Virus record (IMG/VR): IMGVR_UViG_3300031998_000006 | Location: 1-64,000 of that record | DNA from: a virus | Lineage: Duplodnaviria; Caudoviricetes | Direction: 5' to 3' (one strand) | Length of the DNA: 64,000 nt | Part shown: positions 29,802 to 38,545 of the stretch, piece after piece | How the letters are laid out: the number at the start of each line of letters is the position of its first letter | How positions within the stretch are numbered: the stretch's first letter is position 1 | Translations under genes and position numbers: made by a program | Notes under the pieces: generated by a model | Database searches by the model: none | Told to the model about the DNA's origin: nothing | Seen by the model: only the letters and a program-made list of their open reading frames with translations

Positions 29802-30452
29802 CTAATACCAAAAGCATTGGGCATAGCAAGCCTTTTTGCGTTGTCCTTTTGTTAGGGGTTGGTTGTCGTTGTGGAATACGAAAGGAAACTTCTTGCTCCC
29901 AACACTCGTGTTTATCTTGACTCCGTTACGGAGCAAGAAGCTGGAGAACACGTGGTCATCTTGCGATGCCCTAATCTGCTCGTCCGTTAGGGAATCTATG
30001 AACTTTCGTACAAGTGTAGGGGATAGGCTATACAATGTGCAAGGTCCTTGTGTAATCTGTTTTGACCTAGGTGTATAACGAATCACACTAGCTCCAGTCT
30101 TTAGCCATTGCTGATATAGTTGTTCCGCATAGTTGCAGATGTACAGACAGTCATCGTCCGCACTAATGACGGGGATTCCCTTGTATTTCTCGATTGTAAA
30201 AATGACTTTCTTGAATGCCTTATAGTTCCGCTGAACCCACAGAATCTCGATTAAGTCTTGTTCCACGAAAGCCATAACGGTATCGGGTAGTTCCTCTTCC
30301 TTCTTCGGGAACTCATCTTCGCTCAAGACAAGTACGATGTGGAATCTGGGGCATTGCTTGTATAGGCTGAATAGGGTCAAGCCTACAGTGTTGATTCGGG
30401 CTTTCCACGATGTAATGCTTATGATGGCTTTTTCCGAACAATATGCTTTCAT
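29802..30452 (-). CDS. Glycosyltransferase-like (GT-A) protein
   Basis: ISITSWKARI, YKAFKK, ISADDD and QDDHVFS. Confidence 0.75.
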   Translation of the reverse strand: MKAYCSEKAIISITSWKARINTVGLTLFSLYKQCPRFHIVLVLSEDEFPKKEEELPDTVMAFVEQDLIEILWVQRNYKAFKKVIFTIEKYKGIPVISADDDCLYICNYAEQLYQQWLKTGASVIRYTPRSKQITQGPCTLYSLSPTLVRKFIDSLTDEQIRASQDDHVFSSFLLRNGVKINTSVGSKKFPFVFHNDNQPLTKGQRKKACYAQCFWY

Positions 30453-30493
30453 AGGTAATTACTAATATAACAAAATTTACTTATATTTAGGGT

Positions 30494-31024
30494 ATGAACT
30501 TTGACCTCGGCACAGCGGCACTCCGAAGGGCATTAGCCCCCAAGACCTACACCCTCCGGTGTACGGTACTTGAAGTAGGCTCTCCACTCAAGGTGCAATG
30601 CACCCTCAACGCCAAGGAAGAACTCCACCTTGATTTCTGGGCGAAGCCCTTGCTCCCCCAATCGTTCTCCTACGAGGTGGACGACGAGGTTATCGTGGAA
30701 GTCCGCTCCCTTTGTGAAGCCTATGTCCTCGGACTCGCCAAGGAACTTGCCGAAACCAACATCGAGGAAGAGTTCCACATCCGCTTGGGCAAGAACATCC
30801 TCAAGGGCAGAAAGGACGGGACTACATTCGAGTTCCAGGGTGGCGATGACGGATTCCGCATTGAGCATACCCCCGCTGGTACAACCGTTGAAACCACGGG
30901 TGTCCTCTCCTTGACGGGCGATATGATTATGATTGGGGATGGCATGGGACTAGGGCTTAATTGCAACACGGTTTGCCCCCTCCAAGGTCTGCACGTTCCA
31001 ACCCAACAGAAGGTTTTATTCTAA
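30494..31024 (+). CDS. Baseplate spike, gp5/gpV-like
   Basis: OB-fold-like N-terminus (WAKP...EVDDEVIV...YVLG), short beta repeats and a C-terminal CP..GLH tip motif. Confidence 0.6.
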   Translation: MNFDLGTAALRRALAPKTYTLRCTVLEVGSPLKVQCTLNAKEELHLDFWAKPLLPQSFSYEVDDEVIVEVRSLCEAYVLGLAKELAETNIEEEFHIRLGKNILKGRKDGTTFEFQGGDDGFRIEHTPAGTTVETTGVLSLTGDMIMIGDGMGLGLNCNTVCPLQGLHVPTQQKVLF

Positions 31025-31046
31025 AACGAGGTGAACTACCCATGCC

Positions 31047-32315
31047 CTAAAGGGTGTGGGCTTCGGGCTTCAACCCAGCAGACTTGCCTTGCCCAAGATA
31101 GGACAAGATAGAGGTCTGCCAGTCAGAGCTCATAAACTCCCTCTGTTCCAGAGGTACTAATTTCCTACCTTCCTGCAACATGCGGTTAGCCGAATGAAGG
31201 TCCCTGGGCATATACAATCCACAATCACACTTGAAAGTGCGTTCGTTTTGTGGCATAGAATGTTTCTTGCCACAGTTGATGCACTGCTGCGTAGTGGGTT
31301 CTCTGCGATTGACAACATATACATTGTCTTGCGATTTCAGCTTCGCCTTGACGCTGCCCAAGCAACTATGTTGTACCGCCTTGCCGTGTCCAGTCTTATG
31401 CCATCCTTTGAGATTTTCGTCTTGGATGTATATAAGTCCGAATCGCTTGTTCAAGTCGGCGACAATCTTGTTGGCCTTGTCGTTCTTTCGGTTTACCAAT
31501 CGCTGATATTTCTTCTGTATCTTGTGGATTGTTCGTCTTCGACTATTGGAGCCTTTCTTCTGTCTGTTCTGCTTTCTTTGCAGTCTTTTCAAGTGCTCCG
31601 GTTCTTTAACCTTGACATCAATCTCTTCGCCCGTGGATAGGGTAAAGGATGTATGGCAACCCATGTCGATACCGACATCAGCGTGAGGTCGGTTGGAATA
31701 CGGTTTTCTTTCTGTATAGGTCGTGACAGCAAGATAATAGCCATCCGCCCTATTCAAGAGTTTCGCATTTGCGAACTCAACATCATCCTTAATCTGGTCA
31801 AGACCGTTTACTCGCACCAGACCGTGAATATTCTGTATCTTTACTAAATGGTCATTGTGGAATTTATATGTTGTTCCATATTGTTTTAATGAAACGGCTT
31901 TTATTTCGGATTTGAATTTTAGCTGACCTACCTTGAATCCTTTTTTCTTTAATCTTGCTAAAGCCTTTATAGATGCTTTGATGTCCGTATAGACGGATTG
32001 TTTCATCTGTGAACCGATATGTTCAAGATTTCTACCATTAAATGGCCCATCGGGCATTTTGATTTTTACGGTATTTCCAAGTTCGTAGTCAAATATGGAT
32101 TGTCCCTTAATAGCACCATAATTAAGAATGTCATTGTAAAGCCATTTGGCTTCTACGAACAGCATCTTGAAGTCTTCTTTTTGCCGTGCGGATAGCTTGT
32201 TTTTCTGTACCTTGAGCATATAGACACGGCAGACTTGCGACTTACGCTTCTCGTGCGTAGCCTTCATAGCTTCCTTGATAGAAACATTCTTTGCAAGTCG
32301 CTGTTCTTCGGTCAT
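31047..32315 (-). CDS. tnpB: RNA-guided nuclease TnpB
   Basis: VGIDMG, IQDENL, CINC..CDC and PRDLHSA. Confidence 0.93.
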   Translation of the reverse strand: MTEEQRLAKNVSIKEAMKATHEKRKSQVCRVYMLKVQKNKLSARQKEDFKMLFVEAKWLYNDILNYGAIKGQSIFDYELGNTVKIKMPDGPFNGRNLEHIGSQMKQSVYTDIKASIKALARLKKKGFKVGQLKFKSEIKAVSLKQYGTTYKFHNDHLVKIQNIHGLVRVNGLDQIKDDVEFANAKLLNRADGYYLAVTTYTERKPYSNRPHADVGIDMGCHTSFTLSTGEEIDVKVKEPEHLKRLQRKQNRQKKGSNSRRRTIHKIQKKYQRLVNRKNDKANKIVADLNKRFGLIYIQDENLKGWHKTGHGKAVQHSCLGSVKAKLKSQDNVYVVNRREPTTQQCINCGKKHSMPQNERTFKCDCGLYMPRDLHSANRMLQEGRKLVPLEQREFMSSDWQTSILSYLGQGKSAGLKPEAHTL

Positions 32316-32386
32316 AGCAATAATCTAGTTAATTTTATTTAAAAATGCAAGCCATTTTTATAAAATTTAACTACATTTAGTTGTGT

Positions 32387-32791
32387 ATGAGCAAATATGA
32401 ACGATTCAACCATGCAAAAACCTTTTTGCGGTATCACCTAATTTTTTCTACAAAATATCGTAGGAAGGTTTTAAATCCTATACGGGATGACTTGTTAGAA
32501 GCTATGCGGATTGCCCAAGAGAAAAACCGGAACTTCGGCATAGAGATAGACGAGGTTGACCAAGACCATATCCATCTGCTCGTCCGTATCAAGCCGAATG
32601 AGTCTATCTCTAGGGTGGTACATGAGCTCAAGCAACAATCTACCTATCTAATGTGGCAAAAACACCATGATTATCTATCCAAGTTCTACTGGTCCGGTCA
32701 ACACCATCTATGGACTCGTGGATATTTCGCATCTACTATAGGAGATGTTTATGAAAAAACATTGGTGGAATATATTAAAAATCAAGGTTGA
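32387..32791 (+). CDS. tnpA: IS200/IS605 Y1 transposase TnpA
   Basis: YHLIFSTKYRR, the HUH motif DHIHLL, LWTRGYF and catalytic YIKNQ. Confidence 0.96.
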   Translation: MSKYERFNHAKTFLRYHLIFSTKYRRKVLNPIRDDLLEAMRIAQEKNRNFGIEIDEVDQDHIHLLVRIKPNESISRVVHELKQQSTYLMWQKHHDYLSKFYWSGQHHLWTRGYFASTIGDVYEKTLVEYIKNQG

Positions 32792-32898
32792 ATGATGATT
32801 AAAAAATTGATAAATTTATGTACAAGGAGTTGGTTGCGTTCATACGCCACCCTAAAGGGTGGCATCTTTCCCGTAGCCTATTGTCAAAAGGAGTTACC

Positions 32899-33768
32899 TT
32901 GATTCAGTCCATAGCCATACAAGCCTACTTCAACCGGATGCGGCATTTCTTCACTCGTCAAGGATTTGACGAGTCTATGAAGGTTGTGTACGGAGCGGAT
33001 GCCGAAGGTCCGCAGAGATTGCTCGACCAGGATATGGCTGACAAGGATATGGACCGCAAGTCAACAACAGATAGGGAAACGGTCCGCAAGAAGCCATACA
33101 CATACCTTTTCTGGACCCGTGACTCGCTCAAGAACATTGTTAGACGCTCCATCAACCTCCAGGACGGAATCACGGAGGACGGAAAGCGGAGATTCAAGAA
33201 GACGGTTTCCGCATATTTCGGGATGGGCTGTGTACTCGTGTCTAACAAGGCTGAACTCATCGAGGACTTCTCCGAAGCGTTTGCAGCGGAGTACCAGAAT
33301 ATGCACAACATCCCCATCAACTACAAGTTCGGCTATGATGACAGAAGGGGCATCGTGGAGGGCGGTTTTGATGCGGAGTGCAACATTACCGCCATACAGG
33401 AACTTGGAACGGAAGAGCTTGTTTCCTTCCGTCAAGGGAACTTGTTCTCCTATAGCTGGAATGTCAATCTGTATTTGAATATCGTGTCCGAGTTTGCCGA
33501 TAGGCTGATGGCCCCGCTCCGCAAGGTGGTGGTGGACTTGTACAATCCGCAGGGAGTTCCCATCGTGGCTATGGATTTCAAGGTTCAGCCTAGGTTCAAC
33601 GAAGATGGCACTATTGCCAACCTTGATGAACTTACGGAAGTAGAGTCCAAGTGGAAAGACCACGTGGCTACCGATGGTACGGTGGTTCAAGTTCCCGAAC
33701 GAGCCTATGTGGAAACCGATGTGGATGATGGCTCGGACGATGGTTCGGACGATGGTTCAGGCATCTAA
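32899..33768 (+). CDS. Structural protein, possibly tail completion/terminator
   Basis: TTG start after AAGGAG; the track's upstream extension lies inside the IS end. Function inferred from context only. Confidence 0.5.
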   Translation: MIQSIAIQAYFNRMRHFFTRQGFDESMKVVYGADAEGPQRLLDQDMADKDMDRKSTTDRETVRKKPYTYLFWTRDSLKNIVRRSINLQDGITEDGKRRFKKTVSAYFGMGCVLVSNKAELIEDFSEAFAAEYQNMHNIPINYKFGYDDRRGIVEGGFDAECNITAIQELGTEELVSFRQGNLFSYSWNVNLYLNIVSEFADRLMAPLRKVVVDLYNPQGVPIVAMDFKVQPRFNEDGTIANLDELTEVESKWKDHVATDGTVVQVPERAYVETDVDDGSDDGSDDGSGI

Positions 33769-33804
33769 AATAATTTAAGAAATCCTATTGACATCTGCCG
33801 GTAA

Positions 33805-35244
33805 TTTGTTGTTCGTGTTTTATAGGTATTTATATACAACTATTATTAGAGCTATTGAAATTTTTATAAATCAGCCTAAAAAATAAGATTGACATTTGTT
33901 ATATAACAATGTATTTTTAAGGTATGAAGACGGTTAAACTCCAAATATCAAATGCCCCTGATGTGCTAGACGATATGCGTGTATTTAGCAGTATCGTCCG
34001 TATGGCGTTTAATCGTTACCAAGAAGGACTTTCCGAAAAGGAAGTCCGAGCCTATGTTAGTTCCAAGTTCTCCCACAATAGTTGGTTTATCCAGTCTGCC
34101 GTGAAGGAAGCACAGACTATCTATCTAGCCCGTGGAAAAGAAAAAATTGTGTTCGGGGGCAAATGGAATTTAACGCAATACCTTAAAGGCTTGATTACGA
34201 AAGAGCAGTTCAAGCGGACTCGTATGATGCCTATTTGTAGCTATGGTGAAAAGGCTAATACTGGTAATCGTCTTATAGATTTTGATTTGTTGAATAGTCT
34301 TATAATCTACAAGCCCTCTCGTTATGTTCACAAGGAAATTCGATTCTGCCCCGTAAAGAAAAAACTCGCCCACGAACTTGCTATAGTACAAGAACTTGCA
34401 GACAAAAAGAAGATGCCTATTACAGTCAAGTTCACGGATAAACATTTGTATCTAACCTATGATGAGTCCTTGATTTACAATGAAGCCTATAATAACTTGA
34501 AGTATACCAGAGTTTTAGGTATAGATATGAACCCCAACTATATAGGGGTTTCGGTTATTGAGTTTGATAAGAAGGATGAATTTAAATTATTGCACAAAGA
34601 AGTGTATGACTTAACCATTTTGACTAAACTTAGTGGCAAGGCTTCTACGGATGCTAAATCCCAGTATTATACAAACAAATTGAAACACGAAACAATCGCA
34701 ATCGCCCACAAGATTAACAAGTTGGTTGATTATTGGAAATGTTCTAAACTGGCTATTGAAGACCTTACTATCAATTCCGGAGATATACAAAAAGGAAATA
34801 CTTTCAACCGCTTATGTAATAACAAGTGGGAACGAACTCTGTTCGTGAACAAACTTAAAATGCTTGCCAACATACACAAGTATGAGTTGGTTGAAGTCAA
34901 TCCAATTTATTCATCTATCGTAGGTAACTTTGCATACGGCAATGAAAATACCCCTGATATGGTGGCAGCAAGCATCGAAATAGCTCGAAGAGCATACAAG
35001 AAGTTTGAGAAGGGGTGGTTCTACCCCAAGTTCAACGTTGAAACGCTAGATGAGCAATGGAAGCAAACACTAGCCGGAGTGAAGACTTGGAAGAAACTAT
35101 TCCAGATAGTTAAAGAAGCGAAACTGAAATATCGTTTTCTGTTATCCGATTATGTTGGAAATGCAGTCTTTAGCAAATTCTATAGGCAATGTAGGTGGAA
35201 ATTATATATATTTTCACGTAGTTGACTATAATTTTTGTATTTTA
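33805..35244 (+). mobile_element. tnpB-only element, copy 2
   Basis: Homologous to 11581-13017 including flanks. Confidence 0.75.
33924..35225 (+). CDS. tnpB: TnpB-related protein lacking a zinc finger; acidic triad intact
   Basis: LGIDMNP, LAIEDL and PDMVAASIEIARR. Confidence 0.88.
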   Translation: MKTVKLQISNAPDVLDDMRVFSSIVRMAFNRYQEGLSEKEVRAYVSSKFSHNSWFIQSAVKEAQTIYLARGKEKIVFGGKWNLTQYLKGLITKEQFKRTRMMPICSYGEKANTGNRLIDFDLLNSLIIYKPSRYVHKEIRFCPVKKKLAHELAIVQELADKKKMPITVKFTDKHLYLTYDESLIYNEAYNNLKYTRVLGIDMNPNYIGVSVIEFDKKDEFKLLHKEVYDLTILTKLSGKASTDAKSQYYTNKLKHETIAIAHKINKLVDYWKCSKLAIEDLTINSGDIQKGNTFNRLCNNKWERTLFVNKLKMLANIHKYELVEVNPIYSSIVGNFAYGNENTPDMVAASIEIARRAYKKFEKGWFYPKFNVETLDEQWKQTLAGVKTWKKLFQIVKEAKLKYRFLLSDYVGNAVFSKFYRQCRWKLYIFSRS

Positions 35245-35289
35245 TTTTTCCTATCGTATAAACTGAAACATTTTTCAAGGAGTTTCACG

Positions 35290-35532
35290 ATGGTTTACAA
35301 GGTTGACGATTCCCTTACCAATTTCAAGTTCTGGAGTGGTGCTGCTACGAATGCAGAACTCCTTACCTATGATGAACTAAAGCAACTTGACGATATTCTT
35401 CCGGAATATTTTGGTGAAGAAATCCCGACGCAGACGGAAATCAACGATATGTTCTGGTTTGATTTTCCGACCGTTGTGGAAGCCCTCGGTTACACCTACG
35501 ATGAAGACAATGGCGAAATCATCCGCGACTAG
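35290..35532 (+). CDS. Small acidic protein (FWSGA...TEINDMFWF)
   Basis: AAGGAG RBS with ATG at 35290. 80 aa. Confidence 0.8.
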   Translation: MVYKVDDSLTNFKFWSGAATNAELLTYDELKQLDDILPEYFGEEIPTQTEINDMFWFDFPTVVEALGYTYDEDNGEIIRD

Positions 35533-35544
35533 GAGTACAACGAT

Positions 35545-37284
35545 ATGTCTAACAACTTGAATTGGACCATCGCATACAAGACGGTCTTTGGCGAAAAGAA
35601 GGTGGAATCTTTCACGGACAAGAAGGAAGCTGACGCTCGTTATGAAGCCCTCCTTGCACGAACCTATGGTAGCCTTGGCGATATTGCCGGTGTGACGAAG
35701 CCGGTTCAGTCCGGGGCGAAGGTCACGGAATCCAAGGAACAGAAGACTCCGAAGAAGTGCGAATCTTGGGTGGTTGACTACAAGCGTCTGTTCGACTCCG
35801 AAATCGAGTCCGAAGAGTTTGACAACCTTACGGATGCGAACGAGTTCTACAACCGCCTTATGGACGATGCCGAAGGTTACGAGTTCATAGACGAACCCCG
35901 TGAAGTTGAAGGTCTTGAAGAATGCGGTGGCTCTTCTGCCGCATCTCTCGGTGCTATTCCCACGGGTGTTGTTAGACAGAACGATGAATCCAAGAAGTCC
36001 GAAGCAACGGGAGATACCGGCATTGATGCACAGATGATTGATGCCCTCCGCAAGAAAGCCAATGAGGACCGTGAATGGTTCGGCAAGTTCAACGATATGT
36101 TCTCCGAAGAACTCAAGGAAGCTGGTTTGGGTGGTTTCGTGATGGTGTTCCGTCCGAAGGACCCAACCAAGGTTGATGACCGCTTCCAGTACAACGTGGA
36201 ATGGCAGCCGTATGACTTGAACTACGATTTTGTTAAGAATGACGAGTTTAACCAGAAGACCTATGGCTTCATTGATTGCGAATGGGATGGCAAGTCCGTT
36301 GTTACGCACGACTACCGCCCATTGGACGAACAGAGCATTGACGATTTCTATGACACCGTTGTTGCAAGCGGTTCGGGCGATGAGGGTATCTTCCTCTGGG
36401 TGCTTGAGCAGTACAAGCAGAGCATCGGCAAGACGGAAGCCAAGAAGTCCGAAGCGGACGGTGATGAAGCCAAGCTCCAAGCCGCCTATGGCGATGGCGG
36501 CATCATTACTCACGAATCCTCCGCAGACGGCTTCTATGTGGATGACCATGACCCGATGGGCTATGCAATCCTCAATAACGATGTGGCTACGATGAAGGAA
36601 CTCTTCGCAGGCACTGCACCCGTTCCCGAAAAGCCTTGGACCTATGCCGGTTGGCACGAAGACACGGACGCCCCGGAAGACAAGGACGGAAACTATCCGT
36701 ATGTCTATGACTGGGAACGAGAAAACGATACCAACTTCGTGAACGACTGGAAGCGAGTTGTTGGCGAAACGAACAACGAAGAAGCCCTCAACTTTCTTCT
36801 TGAAAAGGCACCGGACTTTGTTCCTACCGCAATCGACTTCTACAATGCATTCCATGCCGGTTATGACAAGAAGCTGCTCCGCAAGTTGCTTGACAACATC
36901 AGCACGGTGGTTGACAAGGAAGACATCAGCCGTGAATATTTGAATTATGAAGACTTTGGCGAAGATGCCTACAACAACCTCGACAAGTTCTTGGATGCAT
37001 CCGAATCTTGTAAGTCCGAAGCCTTGCCCCCGAAGCAGTGGGGCAACCGCGCTCGTAAGTTCCCTTCCCGTGCCGCACTCGTCAACAAGGCGAAGACTCT
37101 CGGTGCTACCGAAATCATTAGCCACGATGATTACAAGAAGTTGAATGACGATGTGTTCCTCGACAAGATAGGCTTTGCAATGGACATCAACGGAAACTGC
37201 AAGGCTCGTCTGTGGTGGGGCGAAAAGGATGGAAAGTATTACTACACTATTACCCGTGATGTCCTCGACAAATCTGGCTGGTAA
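35545..37284 (+). CDS. Acidic modular protein with ESKKSE-type linkers (putative internal head polyprotein)
   Basis: ESKEQK, ESKKSE, EAKKSE and ESCKSE separate unrelated modules. Confidence 0.75.
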   Translation: MSNNLNWTIAYKTVFGEKKVESFTDKKEADARYEALLARTYGSLGDIAGVTKPVQSGAKVTESKEQKTPKKCESWVVDYKRLFDSEIESEEFDNLTDANEFYNRLMDDAEGYEFIDEPREVEGLEECGGSSAASLGAIPTGVVRQNDESKKSEATGDTGIDAQMIDALRKKANEDREWFGKFNDMFSEELKEAGLGGFVMVFRPKDPTKVDDRFQYNVEWQPYDLNYDFVKNDEFNQKTYGFIDCEWDGKSVVTHDYRPLDEQSIDDFYDTVVASGSGDEGIFLWVLEQYKQSIGKTEAKKSEADGDEAKLQAAYGDGGIITHESSADGFYVDDHDPMGYAILNNDVATMKELFAGTAPVPEKPWTYAGWHEDTDAPEDKDGNYPYVYDWERENDTNFVNDWKRVVGETNNEEALNFLLEKAPDFVPTAIDFYNAFHAGYDKKLLRKLLDNISTVVDKEDISREYLNYEDFGEDAYNNLDKFLDASESCKSEALPPKQWGNRARKFPSRAALVNKAKTLGATEIISHDDYKKLNDDVFLDKIGFAMDINGNCKARLWWGEKDGKYYYTITRDVLDKSGW

Positions 37285-37304
37285 CAAGGAGAAAAAAAAA
37301 GATT

Positions 37305-37589
37305 ATGTCCAAATTAACTATCAAGACTAACGAAGAATCTGGCGATGCATCGTTGCGTGACCTCATCCATGATGACAAGGAAAATACCCTTCTTGCAAAG
37401 TTCGGTACTTTGGGTGATGCCAACCGTTGTTTTGCGGCACTTTCTGGTGTCCTTTTCGACAATGGCGAACTTGCACAGCACGAAACCGTGGCATTGTTCC
37501 CGATTATGTCTAATGTGGCAGTCTTTATGTATGATAAAGCCGGTGCTGATGCCGTGGAAGAATACATCCTTGAACATTTCGGAGTTTAG
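37305..37589 (+). CDS. Putative internal head protein (leader MSKLTIKTNE)
   Basis: AAGGAG RBS and the shared 10-aa leader. Confidence 0.75.
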   Translation: MSKLTIKTNEESGDASLRDLIHDDKENTLLAKFGTLGDANRCFAALSGVLFDNGELAQHETVALFPIMSNVAVFMYDKAGADAVEEYILEHFGV

Positions 37590-37591
37590 TT

Positions 37592-37990
37592 ATGTCAAAG
37601 TTGGTAATTAAGGCTTACGAACATAGGGTAAAGGAGTCCACGGACTCTACCACTTACTCCATCATTTCTGCTTTCGGAAAGTACGAGGATGCCGATGGGC
37701 ATTCCGGTACTCTCTATGATGCAAGCACCCTCGTAACTACCCGTGAGTTTGCTTCCGCAGACGAACTTATCCAGTTCGTTTATCGCAAGTTGAAGATGAA
37801 CCCGAAGAACTGCACGGTCAATTCCCTTGATAGGGATGAGGGCGAATCGTACATTAGCCTTGAGGTTGTGTACAAGACTCGCTCTACTACCCAGTCCTAT
37901 CTGTTGCGTATCGTAGGTTACAAGCGTATCGCCTGCCCGAAGGACGAACTCGTGGATGCATTCAAACCTATTTTGTACAAGGAAGGTTGA
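37592..37990 (+). CDS. Putative internal head protein (leader MSKLVIKAYE)
   Basis: GGAG RBS and the shared 10-aa leader. Confidence 0.75.
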   Translation: MSKLVIKAYEHRVKESTDSTTYSIISAFGKYEDADGHSGTLYDASTLVTTREFASADELIQFVYRKLKMNPKNCTVNSLDRDEGESYISLEVVYKTRSTTQSYLLRIVGYKRIACPKDELVDAFKPILYKEG

Positions 37991-38013
37991 TTTTAATTCA
38001 AGGAGACTGTATT

Positions 38014-38382
38014 ATGGCAAAATTTAAATGTTCTATGCAGAAGAAGAAGGAATCTCTTGCCAAGGAATCCGAAGCAAAGAAGAACGAAGGGTTTATGAAT
38101 GACCTTCCGTATGATGCATCGGTTGCAATAGAATCGCTTTGTGCCGAGATTATGGCACACCCGGACACATTTACTATTGAAGATTCTGCCGTAGCTGAAA
38201 TGTGTGGCAAATGGTATATCCGTAGTTATGCGGATGGCCCCACGATGGCACATAATGAAGATGAATGGGTGGAAGAAGTTACCGCTGGGTTGTCTGGTAG
38301 CCCAGTGGATGGTTCTCCGTTTGGAGCTGCCGAAGCGGAAGAATATGCTCACAAGGTATTCCAAGAAGAACTTGCAGAATAA
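38014..38382 (+). CDS. Putative internal head protein (leader MAKFKCSMQKKKESL)
   Basis: AAGGAG RBS. The leader recurs internally in two other ORFs. Confidence 0.75.
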   Translation: MAKFKCSMQKKKESLAKESEAKKNEGFMNDLPYDASVAIESLCAEIMAHPDTFTIEDSAVAEMCGKWYIRSYADGPTMAHNEDEWVEEVTAGLSGSPVDGSPFGAAEAEEYAHKVFQEELAE

Positions 38383-38438
38383 TATTTTTGAATAGATAGC
38401 ACGGATTAGCTATAAATTTTGTATATTTATAGCATCAA

Positions 38439-38540
38439 GTTTAATGAATTAGTGGCTTTCTTCATTAAACGATAAGAACCATTTTACGATGGCTCGTTTG
38501 GAATTGAAAGCCACAGTAAGTTCCGAACGAGTCATTTTTG
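38439..38540 (+). promoter_or_regulatory. Double-hairpin kissing-loop leader upstream of the large tnpB
   Basis: Stems 38439-48/38461-70 and 38489-505/38519-35. The loop 9-mers GTGGCTTTC and GAAAGCCAC are exact complements. Confidence 0.7.
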
Positions 38541-38545
38541 TATCT

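Larger units (their letters stand above)
31031..32885 (-). mobile_element. IS605-type element (divergent tnpA and tnpB)
   Basis: Right end on the minus strand is GAAGCCCACACCCTTTAGGGCATGGGTAGTTCAC, ending at 31031. Left hairpin GCCACCCTAAAGGGTGGC at about 32846-32863. The left boundary is approximate. Confidence 0.9.

Noticed and set aside
33724-33759. 12-bp tandem repeat (DDGS x3)
   Set aside because: Low-complexity C-terminal tail of a protein, with no sign of separate function.
7888-38545. Upstream starts given in the track for tnpB (7888, 38489) and for ORFs 12964, 24913, 32818 and 35152
   Set aside because: The extensions run through RNA hairpins, IS ends or neighbouring genes. Downstream starts fit better.
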